The translations under genes and the position numbers were made by a program. Shown one piece after another: positions 55,243 to 56,111 of a DNA stretch of 56,111 bases (position 1 is its first letter; every line of letters starts with the position of its first letter). Below the pieces are notes generated by a model. That model saw nothing but the letters and a program-made list of their open reading frames with translations. It made no database searches and had not been told where the DNA came from. This DNA is from a virus (taxonomy: Duplodnaviria; Caudoviricetes): the IMG/VR virus record IMGVR_UViG_3300045996_001685, positions 1 to 56,111 of that record. The stretch is one strand, 5' to 3'.

Positions 55243-56111
55243 TTACGCAGTCTGCGGCGGTCCCCGAGTTTCATCGGGCGACCGTCGAGGCGCTGACAAA
55301 GGTTTTCACGTCTCCGCCCAAGGTGAGGCTGTCTGAGTGGGCGGACCAGCACCGTCGGCTTAGTCCGGAGGCGAGTGCGGAGCCGGGCGCGTGGCGTACC
55401 GATCGGGTGCCGTACCTCCGCGAGCCGATGGACTGCGTTACGGATGACGCTTGCGAGCAAATCGTGTTGTGCGCGAGCTCGCAGAGTGCAAAAACCGAGC
55501 TGCTGTTGAATGCTGAGGCGTATTTTATCGCCAGAGAGCCGTGCCCAATCCTGCACGTAACGCCTCGTGTAGAGGACTGTAAGGGGTATTCTAAGGACCG
55601 TTTGGCGCCGATGCTGCGTGATACGCCCGTGTTGCGGGGTCTTGTGCACGAGGCGAGGGCTCGGGATAGCGGCAATACTGTGCTCCACAAGCTCTTCCCG
55701 AACGGTCATTTGACGCTTGCGGGCGCTAATTCGCCGGCTGGCTTGGCGATGCGGCCGATCCGGGTGCTGCTCCTCGACGAGGTGTCGCGGTATCCGGCCA
55801 GTGCGGGCACGGAGGGCGACCCGGTCGAGCTCGCGACCAAGCGGACGACGACGTTTCTCAGCCGCAAGATCATCATGGCATCGTCGCCGGGGCTCGAGGG
55901 GCAGTGCCGGATCACCGCGGCGTATCTCCAGACGGACATGCGGCAGCGCCACGTGCCGTGCCCCTACTGCGGGGCGTTGCAGGTCCTTGAGTGGTCGCGG
56001 GTCGAGTGGGACAAGGACGAGACGGTATCGCCGCACAAGCATCTCGTGGAGACGGCGAGGTATCGGTGCGCGCACTGCCCTGAGGCTTGGACGGACGCGG
56101 ACAGGTGGGCG
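55239..56111 (+). CDS. terL: Terminase large subunit, N-terminal ATPase part (start uncertain: ATA 55239 or GTG 55323)
   Basis: Manual translation PPKVRLSEWADQHRRLSPEASAEPGAWRTDRVPYLREPMD, Walker A-like SSQSAKTE, Walker B RVLLLDEV; absent from the ORF track because it runs off the end. Confidence 0.92.
   Translation, partial: MVTQSAAVPEFHRATVEALTKVFTSPPKVRLSEWADQHRRLSPEASAEPGAWRTDRVPYLREPMDCVTDDACEQIVLCASSQSAKTELLLNAEAYFIAREPCPILHVTPRVEDCKGYSKDRLAPMLRDTPVLRGLVHEARARDSGNTVLHKLFPNGHLTLAGANSPAGLAMRPIRVLLLDEVSRYPASAGTEGDPVELATKRTTTFLSRKIIMASSPGLEGQCRITAAYLQTDMRQRHVPCPYCGALQVLEWSRVEWDKDETVSPHKHLVETARYRCAHCPEAWTDADRWA
55931..56111. repeat. Terminal direct repeat, right copy
   Basis: Matches 1-181. 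Confidence 0.97.

Noticed and set aside
55931-56111. 181 bp terminal repeat as a biological DTR
   Set aside because: It falls mid-terL and a cos site exists elsewhere, so it is an assembly overlap; the one mismatch (CGG/AGG) is synonymous, i.e. microdiversity or error
1-56111. Stop-codon reassignment suggested by many TAG stops
   Set aside because: Conserved genes are full length in the standard code, end at TAG where expected, and no suppressor tRNA was seen

Overview
A complete, circularly assembled ~55.9 kb GC-rich lambda-like siphovirus genome. Bases 1-181 repeat at 55931-56111 (one synonymous mismatch), cutting the large terminase gene. GapR and DUF6441-type genes point to an alphaproteobacterial host. 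Layout: a + strand late operon (terS/terL, gpW, portal, S49 protease with nested scaffold, decoration, capsid, neck, tail tube, frameshifted chaperone, tape measure, tail tip), a first beta-helix/receptor-binding cluster, an endolysin-lipase-membrane protein block and a second beta-helix cluster ending at a hairpin near 34.85 kb. A - strand early block follows (RecT/YqaJ, many small ORFs), then a divergent control region with one XRE-HTH gene, and a + strand middle block (GapR, RuvC-like, MT-A70 methylase, DUF3102, DUF1376 initiator with iterons, loader-like protein, late promoter, lambda-like cos). I found no integrase, S24-type repressor, partition genes, tRNA or CRISPR array. Most interesting: (1) a structured leader whose 19-aa leader ORF is coupled to the replication initiator; (2) three diverged paralogous PL6-like lyase modules within a large beta-helix arsenal; (3) a tandem duplication of exported Cys-rich mini-proteins with a chimeric junction ORF; (4) a lipase plus host-type DUF3309/Fet4-like membrane genes in the lysis block; (5) a near-lambda cosQ/cosN; (6) a terL lacking a canonical start for its apparent N-terminus. 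All family calls are from motif recognition by eye, not database searches.
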